This document shows, one piece after another, positions 39,657 through 49,153 of a DNA stretch of 64,000 nt. The notes under the pieces were generated by a model, which ran no database searches, was not told the origin of the DNA, and worked only from the letters and a program-made list of their open reading frames with translations. Each line of letters starts with the position of its first letter. Position 1 is the stretch's first letter. The position numbers and the translations under genes are program-made. Origin of the DNA: Patescibacteria group bacterium (GTDB lineage: Bacteria; Patescibacteriota; Patescibacteriia; SBBC01; CAIJZX01); assembly GCA_038065275.1 (NCBI GenBank), contig JBBTRH010000002.1, positions 34,756-98,755 of the forward strand, given 5' to 3'.

Positions 39657-39980
39657 TCAATCCTTTGATAACGCTATTTTTCGTACCAGCTCCTCGAGTC
39701 GTTTATCAGTTCGACGAACGACGACGTAATTCCGAAACGTCGCGCCGAAGAGTAATAAGATACCGCCAGCCGTGAGCAAATCAAAAGCACGGGTGAAATG
39801 TAACTTTTCGATAACGAATTTTGTCGGCCCGGGGAACAGTACGACAACCGCTAGACCTAGCCAGATCACCTGCCAAAAAGCGAATTCCCACAAGGAGAAT
39901 TCGCGTCGTCGGTAATGCAGAAAGGAAAAATAGGTCATCCATAACACGAACAGGAGAGCAATAATCTGAATGATGTTCAT
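39657..39980 (-). CDS. small membrane protein (DUF2304-like companion of polyprenyl-phosphate GT2)
   Basis: 107 aa, 3 TM helices, 4-nt overlap with upstream GT2. Confidence 0.45.
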   Translation of the reverse strand: MNIIQIIALLFVLWMTYFSFLHYRRREFSLWEFAFWQVIWLGLAVVVLFPGPTKFVIEKLHFTRAFDLLTAGGILLLFGATFRNYVVVRRTDKRLEELVRKIALSKD

Positions 39981-40660
39981 AGGATCTTCCAGGCCAGGAT
40001 ATTAATCATGATGCGAATCCCATCAATGACCGTCGTGCCCTTATACCGATCATGGTAGATGGTCGTGATCGGGACTTGAACGAAGGGTACATGATGTTTT
40101 CCGGTGTTGACGATCATCTCCGTTTCGACTGCGTACCGGGGTGACTGCCAAGCAATTTTCTCAAAGGCAGAAATCTTCAAAGCACGGAAACCGGATTGCG
40201 AGTCATCGACCTGGATTCGGTAGAGAACTTGCATGGCCTTCGTCAGGAGATGGTTCCCAGCCCGAGCGATCAACGGCATACGACCATGGAATTCTCTCAC
40301 CCCAAAAACTATTTCGGCCCGCTGTTCGAGTATCGGCCGAAGTAAACTGGGAATTTCCTTCGGGTCATGTTGACCATCAGCATCAATGAACACCACGGCC
40401 TCATAGCCATGGTCGATCGCCCACATCACTCCGGTTTTCAATGCTGCCCCCTTTCCCAGATTGATGGTGTGACGAAGAATTGTTATTGCGGGGTTACTGT
40501 CGAGCTGCTCCCGAAGTGGTTCGCGCGATCCATCATCAACGACCACGATGTGATCAACGAAGGGAAGTACTTCACGGTTGACACCCTGCAGCCGATCAAA
40601 TTCATTAAACGCCGGAATGATGGCGATGGTCTTCATAACGCGGTTTTCGCCCAGGCCCAC
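39977..40660 (-). CDS. glycosyltransferase family 2, polyprenyl-phosphate sugar synthase (DPM1/GtrB-like)
   Basis: IAIIPAFNEFDRL...VVDDGS; about 230 aa size typical of Dpm1-like enzymes. Confidence 0.75.
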   Translation of the reverse strand: MGLGENRVMKTIAIIPAFNEFDRLQGVNREVLPFVDHIVVVDDGSREPLREQLDSNPAITILRHTINLGKGAALKTGVMWAIDHGYEAVVFIDADGQHDPKEIPSLLRPILEQRAEIVFGVREFHGRMPLIARAGNHLLTKAMQVLYRIQVDDSQSGFRALKISAFEKIAWQSPRYAVETEMIVNTGKHHVPFVQVPITTIYHDRYKGTTVIDGIRIMINILAWKIL

Positions 40661-41553
40661 GTTGTTCGTAAACCGTGATCAATGTGTACTTTCGGTTTCC
40701 ACGTTAGTTGTTTCCTTGCCAATGCCCACGATAACGAGCTCTTGGATACTTCGCCCGCTGGCGCCAAACGATGCTTGACCGGTAAGGTAATACCCGAAAC
40801 CTTCATCATGGTCCGGACCAGGTCGTTCACCGACGTCTGGACGGCCGTTCCGATATTGATCTGCCCACCGATCTGCGGATACTTCATGGCTAACAAATTT
40901 ACTTGCACGACGTCAGATACATGCACATAATCTCTCGTTTGCCGACCATGGCCAAAGATGATCGGCGGTTTCCCATGGAGTAGACGTTCGGCAAAAACAG
41001 CCACCACCCCTGCCTCGCCCTTCGGATCCTGACGCGGTCCATAGACATTAGCATACCTAAGCGAGACACTGTTTAGTCCCCGATTGAGGAGATAAAAATT
41101 CAAATATTGTTCGACGGTAAACTTGGCGATGCCGTACGGTGATTCCGGCCGCGGGGGTACTGTTTCGGGAGTCGGCCTGGGGACATTGTCACCGTACAAT
41201 GCGCCGCCGGTTGAAGAAAAAATGAATCTCTTCACGCCAAAGCGTCGGCTCTGTTCAATGACGTTGAGCGACCCGGCAATATTCACGTCCGCGTCGAACA
41301 ACGGATCATCGACCGACATCCGAACATTCTTTTGGGCGGCCAGGTGAAAGACGAATTGCGGACGGACGCGGCGGAAAACGTCCTTTATCCGCGGTGAGCG
41401 GATGTCTTTGCGGAAGAACTCAACACCGGCTGGCACATTCTGCCGTTTACCAGTGGACAGGTTGTCAACAACGGCCACCTTATGCCGCTTAGCAACTAGG
41501 GCATCGACCAGATGACTTCCTATGAAGCCGGCACCGCCGGTAACAAGAATGCG
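40633..41553 (-). CDS. NAD-dependent epimerase/dehydratase (UDP-sugar 4-epimerase-like)
   Basis: Probable start MARILVTGGAGFIGSHL; YGIAK catalytic motif. Confidence 0.7.
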   Translation of the reverse strand, partial: RILVTGGAGFIGSHLVDALVAKRHKVAVVDNLSTGKRQNVPAGVEFFRKDIRSPRIKDVFRRVRPQFVFHLAAQKNVRMSVDDPLFDADVNIAGSLNVIEQSRRFGVKRFIFSSTGGALYGDNVPRPTPETVPPRPESPYGIAKFTVEQYLNFYLLNRGLNSVSLRYANVYGPRQDPKGEAGVVAVFAERLLHGKPPIIFGHGRQTRDYVHVSDVVQVNLLAMKYPQIGGQINIGTAVQTSVNDLVRTMMKVSGITLPVKHRLAPAGEVSKSSLSWALARKQLTWKPKVHIDHGLRTTWAWAKTAL

Positions 41554-41560
41554 GGCCATG

Positions 41561-42595
41561 CTATCCTTGGTCTCCAAACCCGAGCGACGCGAGGCCGACC
41601 TGACGCAACCCCCGCATATAATCAATCGTCCGCCGCAGTCCTTCTTCCAGCGGCACCACCGGAAACCAACCCAGCAATTCGCGGGCCTGGCGGACGCTGG
41701 GGGTGGCTTGCTTGGCGTCGTACGGCAGGGGCGGCTCCATCCGGAAATCAGGCCGCGAACCGGTCAGGGCGACTACCTGTTCAGCGATTTGTCCGACGGT
41801 GTGCTCTTCCGGATGTCCGATATTGATCGGTCCGGGTTCTTTCGACGACATCATCCGCGTCAATCCTTCCAGCGCGTCGGAGACGAAACAGTAGGTCGCC
41901 ACGTCCTCTTTACTGCCATGAATGGCGATCGGCAGGTTCTTGATGGCCATGCCGATGAACTCCGGAATCATCCGCCCGTCGTTGAGCCGCATCCGCGGGC
42001 CGTAGGTGTTGAACAGGCGGACAATCTTCGCTTCCAATTTAAATCGCGTCCGATACGCGACGGTCAGGGCTTCGGCAAAACGTTTGCCTTCCTGGTACGG
42101 ACTGCGGACCCCGATCGGGTTAACGTAGCCGAAATAGTTTTCCGGGAACGGCGTTTTCTCGACCGGTTCGCCGTAGGTCGAGCCGCTCGAGACGAGTAAA
42201 AATTTCGCGCTGAACTGCTTCGTCAGGTCGAGGGCGTTTTTGGTGCCGAGGGCGTTCGCCAGGAGCGTTTCGACGGTCAGCCTGGTGTAATCCTTCGGCG
42301 ACGATGGCGAGGCCAGGTGGTAAATCTCCTGGACGCCCTGGAACGGCACCTGGAAGGCCTTCAGTTCGCGTAGGGCGGCCAGATCGATCGGTTCGGCCAT
42401 ATCGTGCCGGACAAACTCAAAGTTGGGATTGGACAGCAAATGGTGGATATTCTGTTCATCGCCGGTGCTGAAGTTGTCGATGCAAATGACCTTATGGCGC
42501 TGGACCAGGATGTCGCACAGGTGCGAGCCTAAAAACCCCGCCCCACCGGTAATTACTATATTCTTTTTTTCAAATGCGGCCGAGCGTGTAGCCAT
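41561..42595 (-). CDS. UDP-glucuronate decarboxylase (UDP-xylose synthase)-like SDR
   Basis: ITGGAGFLGSHLCD...VICIDNFSTG block characteristic of UXS family; YQEGKR. Confidence 0.7.
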   Translation of the reverse strand: MATRSAAFEKKNIVITGGAGFLGSHLCDILVQRHKVICIDNFSTGDEQNIHHLLSNPNFEFVRHDMAEPIDLAALRELKAFQVPFQGVQEIYHLASPSSPKDYTRLTVETLLANALGTKNALDLTKQFSAKFLLVSSGSTYGEPVEKTPFPENYFGYVNPIGVRSPYQEGKRFAEALTVAYRTRFKLEAKIVRLFNTYGPRMRLNDGRMIPEFIGMAIKNLPIAIHGSKEDVATYCFVSDALEGLTRMMSSKEPGPINIGHPEEHTVGQIAEQVVALTGSRPDFRMEPPLPYDAKQATPSVRQARELLGWFPVVPLEEGLRRTIDYMRGLRQVGLASLGFGDQG

Positions 42596-42699
42596 AGTTT
42601 ATAGTGCTTTCTTGCTTGCTCCGTAGAACCGCGACCTGTGGTGAGCACAGCCGAACCAAGCGGTTTGTACGGGGTCGAACGCGGCTGATCGTTTTGCCA

Positions 42700-42790
42700 T
42701 AGTTATTGCTGCTTCCCCCACCCCGGCTCCGCTCCGCTTCGCCACCCCTCCCTAATTAGGGAGGGGTCTCGCAGGGGGTGGGGGTTAGCG
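42700..42790. repeat. GC-rich palindromic repeat (CCCCCACCCC ... CCCCTCCCTAATTAGGGAGGGG ... GGGGGTGGGGG)
   Basis: Nested inverted repeats between two minus-strand genes; same family as 50324-50398. Confidence 0.4.
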
Positions 42791-42791
42791 G

Positions 42792-43496
42792 TCAAAATTT
42801 ATAATACCCCCGCAGTCTAAAGTAATGAATCTTTACCAGGTCGCCGAGCGTCGTCAGATAATCGGTCAAGCGCACCCGACTGCGCGGATCGTTCACCCAC
42901 CGCACCGGCACTTCCAGCATGCGGAATCCGGCCAGTCGGGCCAGAAACAGAATTTCGAAGTCGTATCCCCAGCGGTCCAGCCGTTGCTGTTGGAACAGGA
43001 CGCCGGTCCGGCGGTGGAACAATTTGAAGCCGCACTGCGTATCCTTAATGCCCGGCGCGGCCAGCAACTGGATTAATCCGTTGCCGAGCTGACCGAGCGT
43101 TTCCTTCCACCATGATTGGTGCTTTTCAACCTGCGCTCCGGCCGCGCGCCGCGACCCTAGAATAATTTCCGCTTCGTGGCGCCGGGACCACATTTTCTCG
43201 AGATCATCGATTGGCGTGGACAAATCGGCGTCGCACAGGTAGCGCCATTCCCCTTCGGCCGTGGCCATCCCCGTCCGCACCGCCGCGCCTTTGCCCATAT
43301 TCTTCGGCTGGCGGATGACCCGCACCGTCAACGGCGCCTGCTCGGCTACCCGATAGGTGGCATCGCTTGAGCCGTCATCGACGACCAGAACCTCGACCGA
43401 TCGCCCATCATGCTGCAGATACGCGGCGATTCGGCGGAGCGTGGCCGGCAACCGCTCGGCTTCGTTATAGGCCGGGATGACGATGGACAAGTCCAT
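42792..43496 (-). CDS. glycosyltransferase family 2, GtrB-like polyprenyl-phosphate glycosyltransferase
   Basis: MDLSIVIPAYNEAERLPATL...VVDDGSSD. Confidence 0.7.
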   Translation of the reverse strand: MDLSIVIPAYNEAERLPATLRRIAAYLQHDGRSVEVLVVDDGSSDATYRVAEQAPLTVRVIRQPKNMGKGAAVRTGMATAEGEWRYLCDADLSTPIDDLEKMWSRRHEAEIILGSRRAAGAQVEKHQSWWKETLGQLGNGLIQLLAAPGIKDTQCGFKLFHRRTGVLFQQQRLDRWGYDFEILFLARLAGFRMLEVPVRWVNDPRSRVRLTDYLTTLGDLVKIHYFRLRGYYKF

Positions 43497-43549
43497 GGGG
43501 AACTACACAAAATCAGACGATAGGGCAAGTCTACTATACTGAAAAAGAG

Positions 43550-44152
43550 CTATCCTGGCAAGCCGGCGGGCGGGTGTCGGAAGGTCCAGAATCTGGTTCC
43601 GCCGTAGTTCCAGCCGATCACGATCGCGATCGCCAGGGCTTTAGCTACAAGCTGGTGGAGTTGGAAACGGTCCACAAAAACGTACAGGATCAGCTCGCTC
43701 AGCCCCAAGCCGATGACGTAGACCGTCAGGTACTTGGCCGCCTCGCCGGCCCAGCCGTGGTGGCGGCTTTGGAAGGTCCAGCGCCGGTTGAGGATGAAAC
43801 TGCTCGTGACGGCGATGCTGAAGGAGAGGATGTTGGCCAGCAGATAATGGATGCCCAGCAACGAGGTGAAGATGCTGAAGAGCGCGTAATCGATAAAGGT
43901 GTTCAAGGCGCCGACCAGGCCGAATTTGAGGAACTGTTTGACCAGCGGACGCTCGGCAATCAGCGGATGGTGGCCGACGGCGGAGATGAAGCTCCGCGGG
44001 CTTCGACCTACGGTAGGTTCTTGGGGCGGAGCCGCGTAGAAGCGAAGCGCTTTACGCGGCGGAGCGCCCGACAGAGACGGGTCAGGCTTTGCCTGAGAAT
44101 CCGCCGAAGCCCCGAGCAAAGTCGAGGGGCGAAGGTGGATAATGCGGCGCAT
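43550..44152 (-). CDS. GtrA family membrane protein (polyprenyl-phosphate-sugar flippase-like)
   Basis: FLKFGLVGALNTFIDYALFSIF GtrA signature; N-terminal about 70-aa extension may not be translated. Confidence 0.55.
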   Translation of the reverse strand: MRRIIHLRPSTLLGASADSQAKPDPSLSGAPPRKALRFYAAPPQEPTVGRSPRSFISAVGHHPLIAERPLVKQFLKFGLVGALNTFIDYALFSIFTSLLGIHYLLANILSFSIAVTSSFILNRRWTFQSRHHGWAGEAAKYLTVYVIGLGLSELILYVFVDRFQLHQLVAKALAIAIVIGWNYGGTRFWTFRHPPAGLPG

Positions 44153-44154
44153 GG

Positions 44155-46581
44155 TTAGAGCCGGCTTAACGAGTTGGCGGCGGTCGAGGGCACGGTCAGG
44201 CGCTGGAGCAGTTTCCCGGCGGCCGTCCAGCGCTGAATGGTCATCGGGCCGCTCCGCGGCGCGGTCAGGAGTTCAACCAATCCGTCGCCGTCCAGGTCGA
44301 TGGCTTGGAGGTCAAGACTTCCGGCCCCGGTCAGGCCCTTGATTTTCCACGACCGGAGTTCAACGCCGGTGGCGGACAGCACTAGGATCTTGGCTAATTT
44401 AATCGCCACGTTCGGCGTGGCCATGATTTCCGCCCGGCCGTCACCGTCGGTATCGCCGGCCGTCACCGACCAGCCTTGCTTGAAGGTCGGTCCGCGCGGC
44501 GTGAAGGTGGCGGTTCGTTGCCGCCGCGCGTCGTAGACGCGGATGTCCGCCCCGGCCGTTTGAGCCGCGATCAGCTCATCGTTTCCGTCGCCGTCCAGGT
44601 CGCCGGCGGCGATATCCAGGCCGCGACGGTAGGCGCCGTAGACGAGATTGCGCCCGGTCAGCTTGCCGGCGGTAGTGTACCAGGCCAGGCTGGCGCCGTT
44701 GGTGGCCGTGGCGGCTACGAACCGCGACGTCCCGTCGGCCAGTTGCAGGACGGCGGTATTGATGGTGCCGTTGAACTTAGCTCCGAACGGCTGGACTGAA
44801 CCCAACCGCCGGCCGCTGGTGTCGGTGATGGTGACGGTCGGGCCTTGCGGTTGCGCCGTCACCAGCAACCGATTGCTCTGGTCGGTCGCCAGCACGCCGC
44901 CAGCCACCGTAAACGACGGCGCGGCAATGCGCGGTTGCAAGACGCGCACCGGTTTCGCGGCCGACCCGTAGAGGGTGATGGTGGTGCCGGTGCTGGCCAC
45001 GATCAGCGGCGGACGATAGCGGTAGGTAAAGGTCGATGGCGCGGACGTCCGGCTGACTGCGTCGACCGTCGCGACCACCAGGTTATAGACGCCGGCCGAT
45101 GACAGCTTCGGCTGGTAGGTGGTGGCTGTTTGTCGGCTTTGTTTGACCACGGTTGAGCCGCGGCGCCAGGTGACGTTGTAGACCGCGCCGACCGGACCCG
45201 ACCAGGTGAAGACCGGGTTGATGTACGGCGCCGGCCGCTGGGATACTAATGGCAATCGCGCGGTGGCGCTGGCCGTGCCGCTGATGGCGCTCGGCGGAGA
45301 CGGGACGGTATTTTGGCAACCGGCGGCGTTCAGGGCGGCGGCGGCATCGATCAGGCCGTAGCCGGACTGATCATCGCGACCGGCGGGGCTGAGATCTTGG
45401 GCGGTGGATGTCAGGATGGTCCGCACACTGCCCGCCACCGCCCCGCACGACTCCAGCAGGGCCGCCACGCCGCTGACGTGAGCCGCGGCCTGAGACGTCC
45501 CGACATAGAACATCGTGTTGAACGATGCACAGGCGGCATCAACGCAGGTTTGGGACGGAATTCCGTCCGGCTGTCCGTCGGCGTTTTGATCGAGGGAAAT
45601 ATTGCCGCCCGGCGCGACCAGGTCGAGCGTCGAGCCGTAATTGCTGTACGGGGCGCGGGTCAGGTCAACTTGCACGGCGCCGACGCCAATGACCTCGGAG
45701 TAACGGGCCGGGTAGGTCACCGCGCCGGCCCCGCTGTTACCCGCCGCTCCGACCACCACCACGCCTTGCTGGACCGCCGTTTGAATGGCTTGGTGAAAAA
45801 TCGGGTCGTCCTGGTCGCCGCCGAGACTGAGGTTGATGATATTGGCTCCGTGTTTGACCGCGTAGTTGACGGCGGCCGTCAAGGTCGCGGTGGAGCCGTC
45901 GCCGTTGTCATCAAGCACCTTGAGGGGCATGATCGTCACGTTGGCGGCGATGCCGGCCGTGGCCACCGCGTTATTCGTGGTCGCGGTGATGATGCTGGAA
46001 ATGTGCGTCCCGTGGCCGTTATCGTCGGCCGGCGCAGCGTCATTGCTAACAAAGTTCCAGCCGTGGACATCATCGACGTATCCATTGCCGTCGTTATCAA
46101 TTCCGTCGCCGGCAATTTCTCCCGGATTTGTCCAGACGGCGCCGGAGGCGATGTCCGGAACGGATTTGGCGCCGCCGACGAGAGTCGAGGCCAAACCGGT
46201 ATCAAGCACCGCCACCACAATGTGCGGGTCCCCGCCGTAGAGCGGCGGGGTTTGGTCGGCGTCCCAGGCGGCGGGAACATGGATGACGTTCAGATTCCAT
46301 TGCAACGGAAACTGGGGATCATTCGGCGTGAACAAGGCCCGATAGATGACGTTCGGCTGGAGGGTCCGTCGTTCCGGGATAGTGAGCGTCCCGCCTTCGG
46401 CCGGCGACGTCAGGCGGCGTAACTGCGACAGGCCGGCGATCGCCGTACCCGGCGGCGGCGTCAGATTCGACCCGGGGGAACGCTGAACGCGATAGAGGAG
46501 ATCAATCTCTTGCGCCCCTGCCGGTTGACCGGCGAGTCCCAGGCCGATGACCGCCACCGCGATCAGCCACCCCCGCGTCAT
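44155..46581 (-). CDS. secreted subtilisin-like serine protease (S8) with C-terminal FG-GAP/VCBS repeats
   Basis: Signal peptide; triad blocks VAVLDTGL, HGTHISS, GTSQAAAHVSG; DLDGDGNDEL / DTDGDGRAEI / DLDGDGLVEL repeats. Confidence 0.8.
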   Translation of the reverse strand: MTRGWLIAVAVIGLGLAGQPAGAQEIDLLYRVQRSPGSNLTPPPGTAIAGLSQLRRLTSPAEGGTLTIPERRTLQPNVIYRALFTPNDPQFPLQWNLNVIHVPAAWDADQTPPLYGGDPHIVVAVLDTGLASTLVGGAKSVPDIASGAVWTNPGEIAGDGIDNDGNGYVDDVHGWNFVSNDAAPADDNGHGTHISSIITATTNNAVATAGIAANVTIMPLKVLDDNGDGSTATLTAAVNYAVKHGANIINLSLGGDQDDPIFHQAIQTAVQQGVVVVGAAGNSGAGAVTYPARYSEVIGVGAVQVDLTRAPYSNYGSTLDLVAPGGNISLDQNADGQPDGIPSQTCVDAACASFNTMFYVGTSQAAAHVSGVAALLESCGAVAGSVRTILTSTAQDLSPAGRDDQSGYGLIDAAAALNAAGCQNTVPSPPSAISGTASATARLPLVSQRPAPYINPVFTWSGPVGAVYNVTWRRGSTVVKQSRQTATTYQPKLSSAGVYNLVVATVDAVSRTSAPSTFTYRYRPPLIVASTGTTITLYGSAAKPVRVLQPRIAAPSFTVAGGVLATDQSNRLLVTAQPQGPTVTITDTSGRRLGSVQPFGAKFNGTINTAVLQLADGTSRFVAATATNGASLAWYTTAGKLTGRNLVYGAYRRGLDIAAGDLDGDGNDELIAAQTAGADIRVYDARRQRTATFTPRGPTFKQGWSVTAGDTDGDGRAEIMATPNVAIKLAKILVLSATGVELRSWKIKGLTGAGSLDLQAIDLDGDGLVELLTAPRSGPMTIQRWTAAGKLLQRLTVPSTAANSLSRL

Positions 46582-47732
46582 GTCCCCGACGATCCAAGTT
46601 TCACGCGGACGGTTTTTTCCTGGTCTTGACGACGATACGTCACCTTAACTTCATCACCGGGACGGTGGGTGGCCAGGGTTTTGAAGAGCGTCTCGGCGGG
46701 CGGTTGGCCGTCGATGGTCAGCAGGATGTCGCCGGACTGCATTCCGGCCCGATCGGCCGGACCTTTGGGGGTGACGGCCGTTTGACCCTCATCCGCGCCG
46801 ACTAAAAAACCGGCCGCGGTCGGATCTCCGGAGACCGTGGCCATCGATCGGTTGATGGCCCGCACGCCGAACACCGGCCGGGTCGCGGCGCCGGTTTGGA
46901 CGATCTGCTTCAAGACGCTCTCCAGGGCCTCGACCGACCAGACCCGACTGTCGCTCCCCAGCAGTCCGACCATCCGTCCGTCGCCGTCGACGATGGCCGA
47001 GCCGATGGGCAGGGCCACGGGCGCGTCCAGCGACCAGGTCGTTTCTTGGCGATCGCTTGACAACCAGCGCGGGGCGGTCGCCCGACCGAGTTGGCGCGGG
47101 AAGGCCGCCTCCGCCGTGACCGCCCAGACGCGGACGCCGGGTTTCAGACTGCCGGCCGGGGCCAGCGCCAGCGGCTGATTGCTCAAATCGGTTGACCTCA
47201 AAAAAATGAACGGCGTGGCCGGGTCGTTGACGGTCGCGGTCACCGCTTGCGACTGGCCGACGCGAGGGACGATGACCAGGCTTTTGACGTCCGCCGGCCA
47301 GGCGCCGCTGATTGTCAACAGCCAGCCGCTACTGCTTAGCGGCCAGGCGTATCCCGCGGCGTCGCCGGGCAGATAGACGCCGCGCTCGCCAAGATTACGG
47401 CTGACAGCGTAGGCCGAATCGGTGACGGTCTGCACCGCCACTGGCACCGTGGCCAGGTCTTTGTCCCGCGCCGATTGGACCACGGTGGTCGTGGTGGTCG
47501 AGGTAAACGGCACGAAGCGGGCGACCCGGGCGGTCGGGAAGCGATGGACGTACCAGCCCAGGGCAACAATGACGACGACGTTAACCACCAGCCCGACCAG
47601 AACCATGACCGCGATGATTCTGGCCCATGGCGTACGCGGCGGCTGTTGAAGTTGGCCGCTCTGCCAGACCGTCGCCACGGTATCATGGGGCGCGTTGGCG
47701 GCCGGTGAGGTTGGCGCGATTCGTGCTTTCAT
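46578..47732 (-). CDS. membrane-anchored trypsin-like/PDZ domain protein (HtrA-like, catalytic status uncertain)
   Basis: N-terminal TM; PDZ (GDILLTIDGQP); catalytic Ser motif degenerate. Confidence 0.45.
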   Translation of the reverse strand: MKARIAPTSPAANAPHDTVATVWQSGQLQQPPRTPWARIIAVMVLVGLVVNVVVIVALGWYVHRFPTARVARFVPFTSTTTTTVVQSARDKDLATVPVAVQTVTDSAYAVSRNLGERGVYLPGDAAGYAWPLSSSGWLLTISGAWPADVKSLVIVPRVGQSQAVTATVNDPATPFIFLRSTDLSNQPLALAPAGSLKPGVRVWAVTAEAAFPRQLGRATAPRWLSSDRQETTWSLDAPVALPIGSAIVDGDGRMVGLLGSDSRVWSVEALESVLKQIVQTGAATRPVFGVRAINRSMATVSGDPTAAGFLVGADEGQTAVTPKGPADRAGMQSGDILLTIDGQPPAETLFKTLATHRPGDEVKVTYRRQDQEKTVRVKLGSSGT

Positions 47733-47737
47733 CACCT

Positions 47738-48508
47738 TTAGATCCAACGAGCGGTGGCCAGGGTGAGCAGGATGACCACCGAACCAACTAGCAGGTATCG
47801 CCGCGACCGTCCGGCTTCCCAGTGCCCGGCCCACAAGTGACGACTGGCTTGAATGACTAAGGCGTTGACGGTGGCGGCCAGGACGCTACCGACGATGATG
47901 CTCGTCGGCAACCACCAGGTGACCAGCCAAAGTTCCGCCCCGAACCAGACCATGGCCAGCAAGCCCCAGCGGCAAGGTCGCAGGTTGAGCCCTGATTCAA
48001 GCCAGACCAGCAGGGCCGCGGCTCCGGTCATCGCCCCGGCGCCCATGACCAGCCAGGTCAGCTGAATATTCAAGTAGATGCTGGCACTCAGCAGGCTGTA
48101 CCAGCCGAACCAAATCAAGACCGCGGTGGTCAAGGCCATGGTGCGGCCGCGTCGACTGTCATGCGGACGCTGGCGCTGGCGGCCGGTCAGCCATAGTAAC
48201 CCGACGCTGACCAGGGCAACGGTATGTTGCGGCCAAGGACCGGAGACGAAACTAAATACGGCGATCGTCGTCACCACGATCAAGCCGGTGGCCAGGCTGG
48301 CCACGTTCGTCGAGCTTCGGCGCCGCCACCGCCAGGCCGACTGCCCGATCAGCCACAAGGCCAGGACACCGACGATCATCAGTCCGATCCGATGATAACG
48401 AATGGCCATCTCCAACCCGGCCAACCACGCCGCGACCTCAAAGTACAGCGTCCCGGGGATGCCTGAGGGTCGATGAGCTGGCGATGCGGGGACCACTTCC
48501 ATGCTCAT
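47738..48508 (-). CDS. hypothetical polytopic membrane protein
   Basis: 256 aa, about 7 hydrophobic helices. Confidence 0.35.
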   Translation of the reverse strand: MSMEVVPASPAHRPSGIPGTLYFEVAAWLAGLEMAIRYHRIGLMIVGVLALWLIGQSAWRWRRRSSTNVASLATGLIVVTTIAVFSFVSGPWPQHTVALVSVGLLWLTGRQRQRPHDSRRGRTMALTTAVLIWFGWYSLLSASIYLNIQLTWLVMGAGAMTGAAALLVWLESGLNLRPCRWGLLAMVWFGAELWLVTWWLPTSIIVGSVLAATVNALVIQASRHLWAGHWEAGRSRRYLLVGSVVILLTLATARWI

Positions 48509-48968
48509 TTGATGCTACCAAAAAACTGCCGTCCTGACAACCGTCATGGCGTCAATTGATCGGGGGACCAGTCGAGCCGCGAGCGTTGAGCTCCCGTAGC
48601 AGTGAACACCTGGTGAGGATGTTGTCGTCACTGCTAGTGAGTTCCGGCCTTCGAGGTTTCTGGCCCGGGCCCTGATCCTCCGGTCAATGAACGCGCGGTC
48701 GGGTATACACGAAACGGCCTGGCCCGCAAATGCGGCAGGCAAGTGTCGAAAGTGAACTATGTCTTCACCGTACGTCCAGGTTACACGACTGTCAAGTCTC
48801 CAGTTGTGCACAGGCGATGTTTTTTTACGACGTCAACTCGTTGATCGAAAATCGGTTGCTGTGCCTATGCTATCATAGTTATCATATTTGCGTCGCACAA
48901 TACTTTTGTTATCCACATTCCTAATTTTTTCTTTAGATGGCAATAATTACAATGTCGAGCCCGCCGTA

Positions 48969-49074
48969 GACCAGCCCCACTTTGGTCGGTTTAATTTTTT
49001 TGGCAAAGTAAATGTCCAGTCGCAGTAACGTCATAAAGAAGATTAACTGCTTTATTGCCAAAGTGGCGCTGGTC
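48969..49074. repeat. Inverted-repeat element family B (arms GACCAGCCCCACTTTGG / CCAAAGTGGCGCTGGTC, 72-bp loop)
   Basis: 16/17 complementary; same arm core as the 21-bp perfect IR at 61133-61245. Confidence 0.55.
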
Positions 49075-49110
49075 GCAAGTGGAATATGTCGGTTCAAAAT
49101 AATTTCCGGA

Positions 49111-49139
49111 TACCAAAACCAGCCCGATTAAGAGCTGGT
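49111..49139 (-). terminator. rho-independent terminator of the zinc-ribbon gene
   Basis: Minus strand: ACCAGC-tcttaatcgg-GCTGGT followed by TTTTGGTAT. Confidence 0.55.
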
Positions 49140-49153
49140 CGTGGTTTAAATCC

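Noticed and set aside
43550-43800. N-terminal about 70-aa extension of the GtrA-like ORF
   Set aside because: GtrA proteins normally start just before the FLKFGLVG helix. The extension is Pro/Ala-rich and overlaps a GC-rich region, but no in-frame ATG exists nearer, so the true start (possibly GTG/TTG) cannot be resolved.
44237-46422. Plus-strand ORFs antisense to the subtilase gene (e.g. 45313-46422, 369 aa)
   Set aside because: They have Gly/Arg/Asp-rich low-complexity translations typical of the antisense strand of a GC-rich gene. The subtilase catalytic motifs clearly define the true frame.
48515-49150. RNase P RNA, tmRNA or SRP RNA in the gene-free stretch
   Set aside because: The conserved GGAAAGTCCGG / ACAGAACCCGGCTTA (RNase P), tmRNA tag/T-arm and SRP GGAAGCAGCC motifs are not present on either strand.
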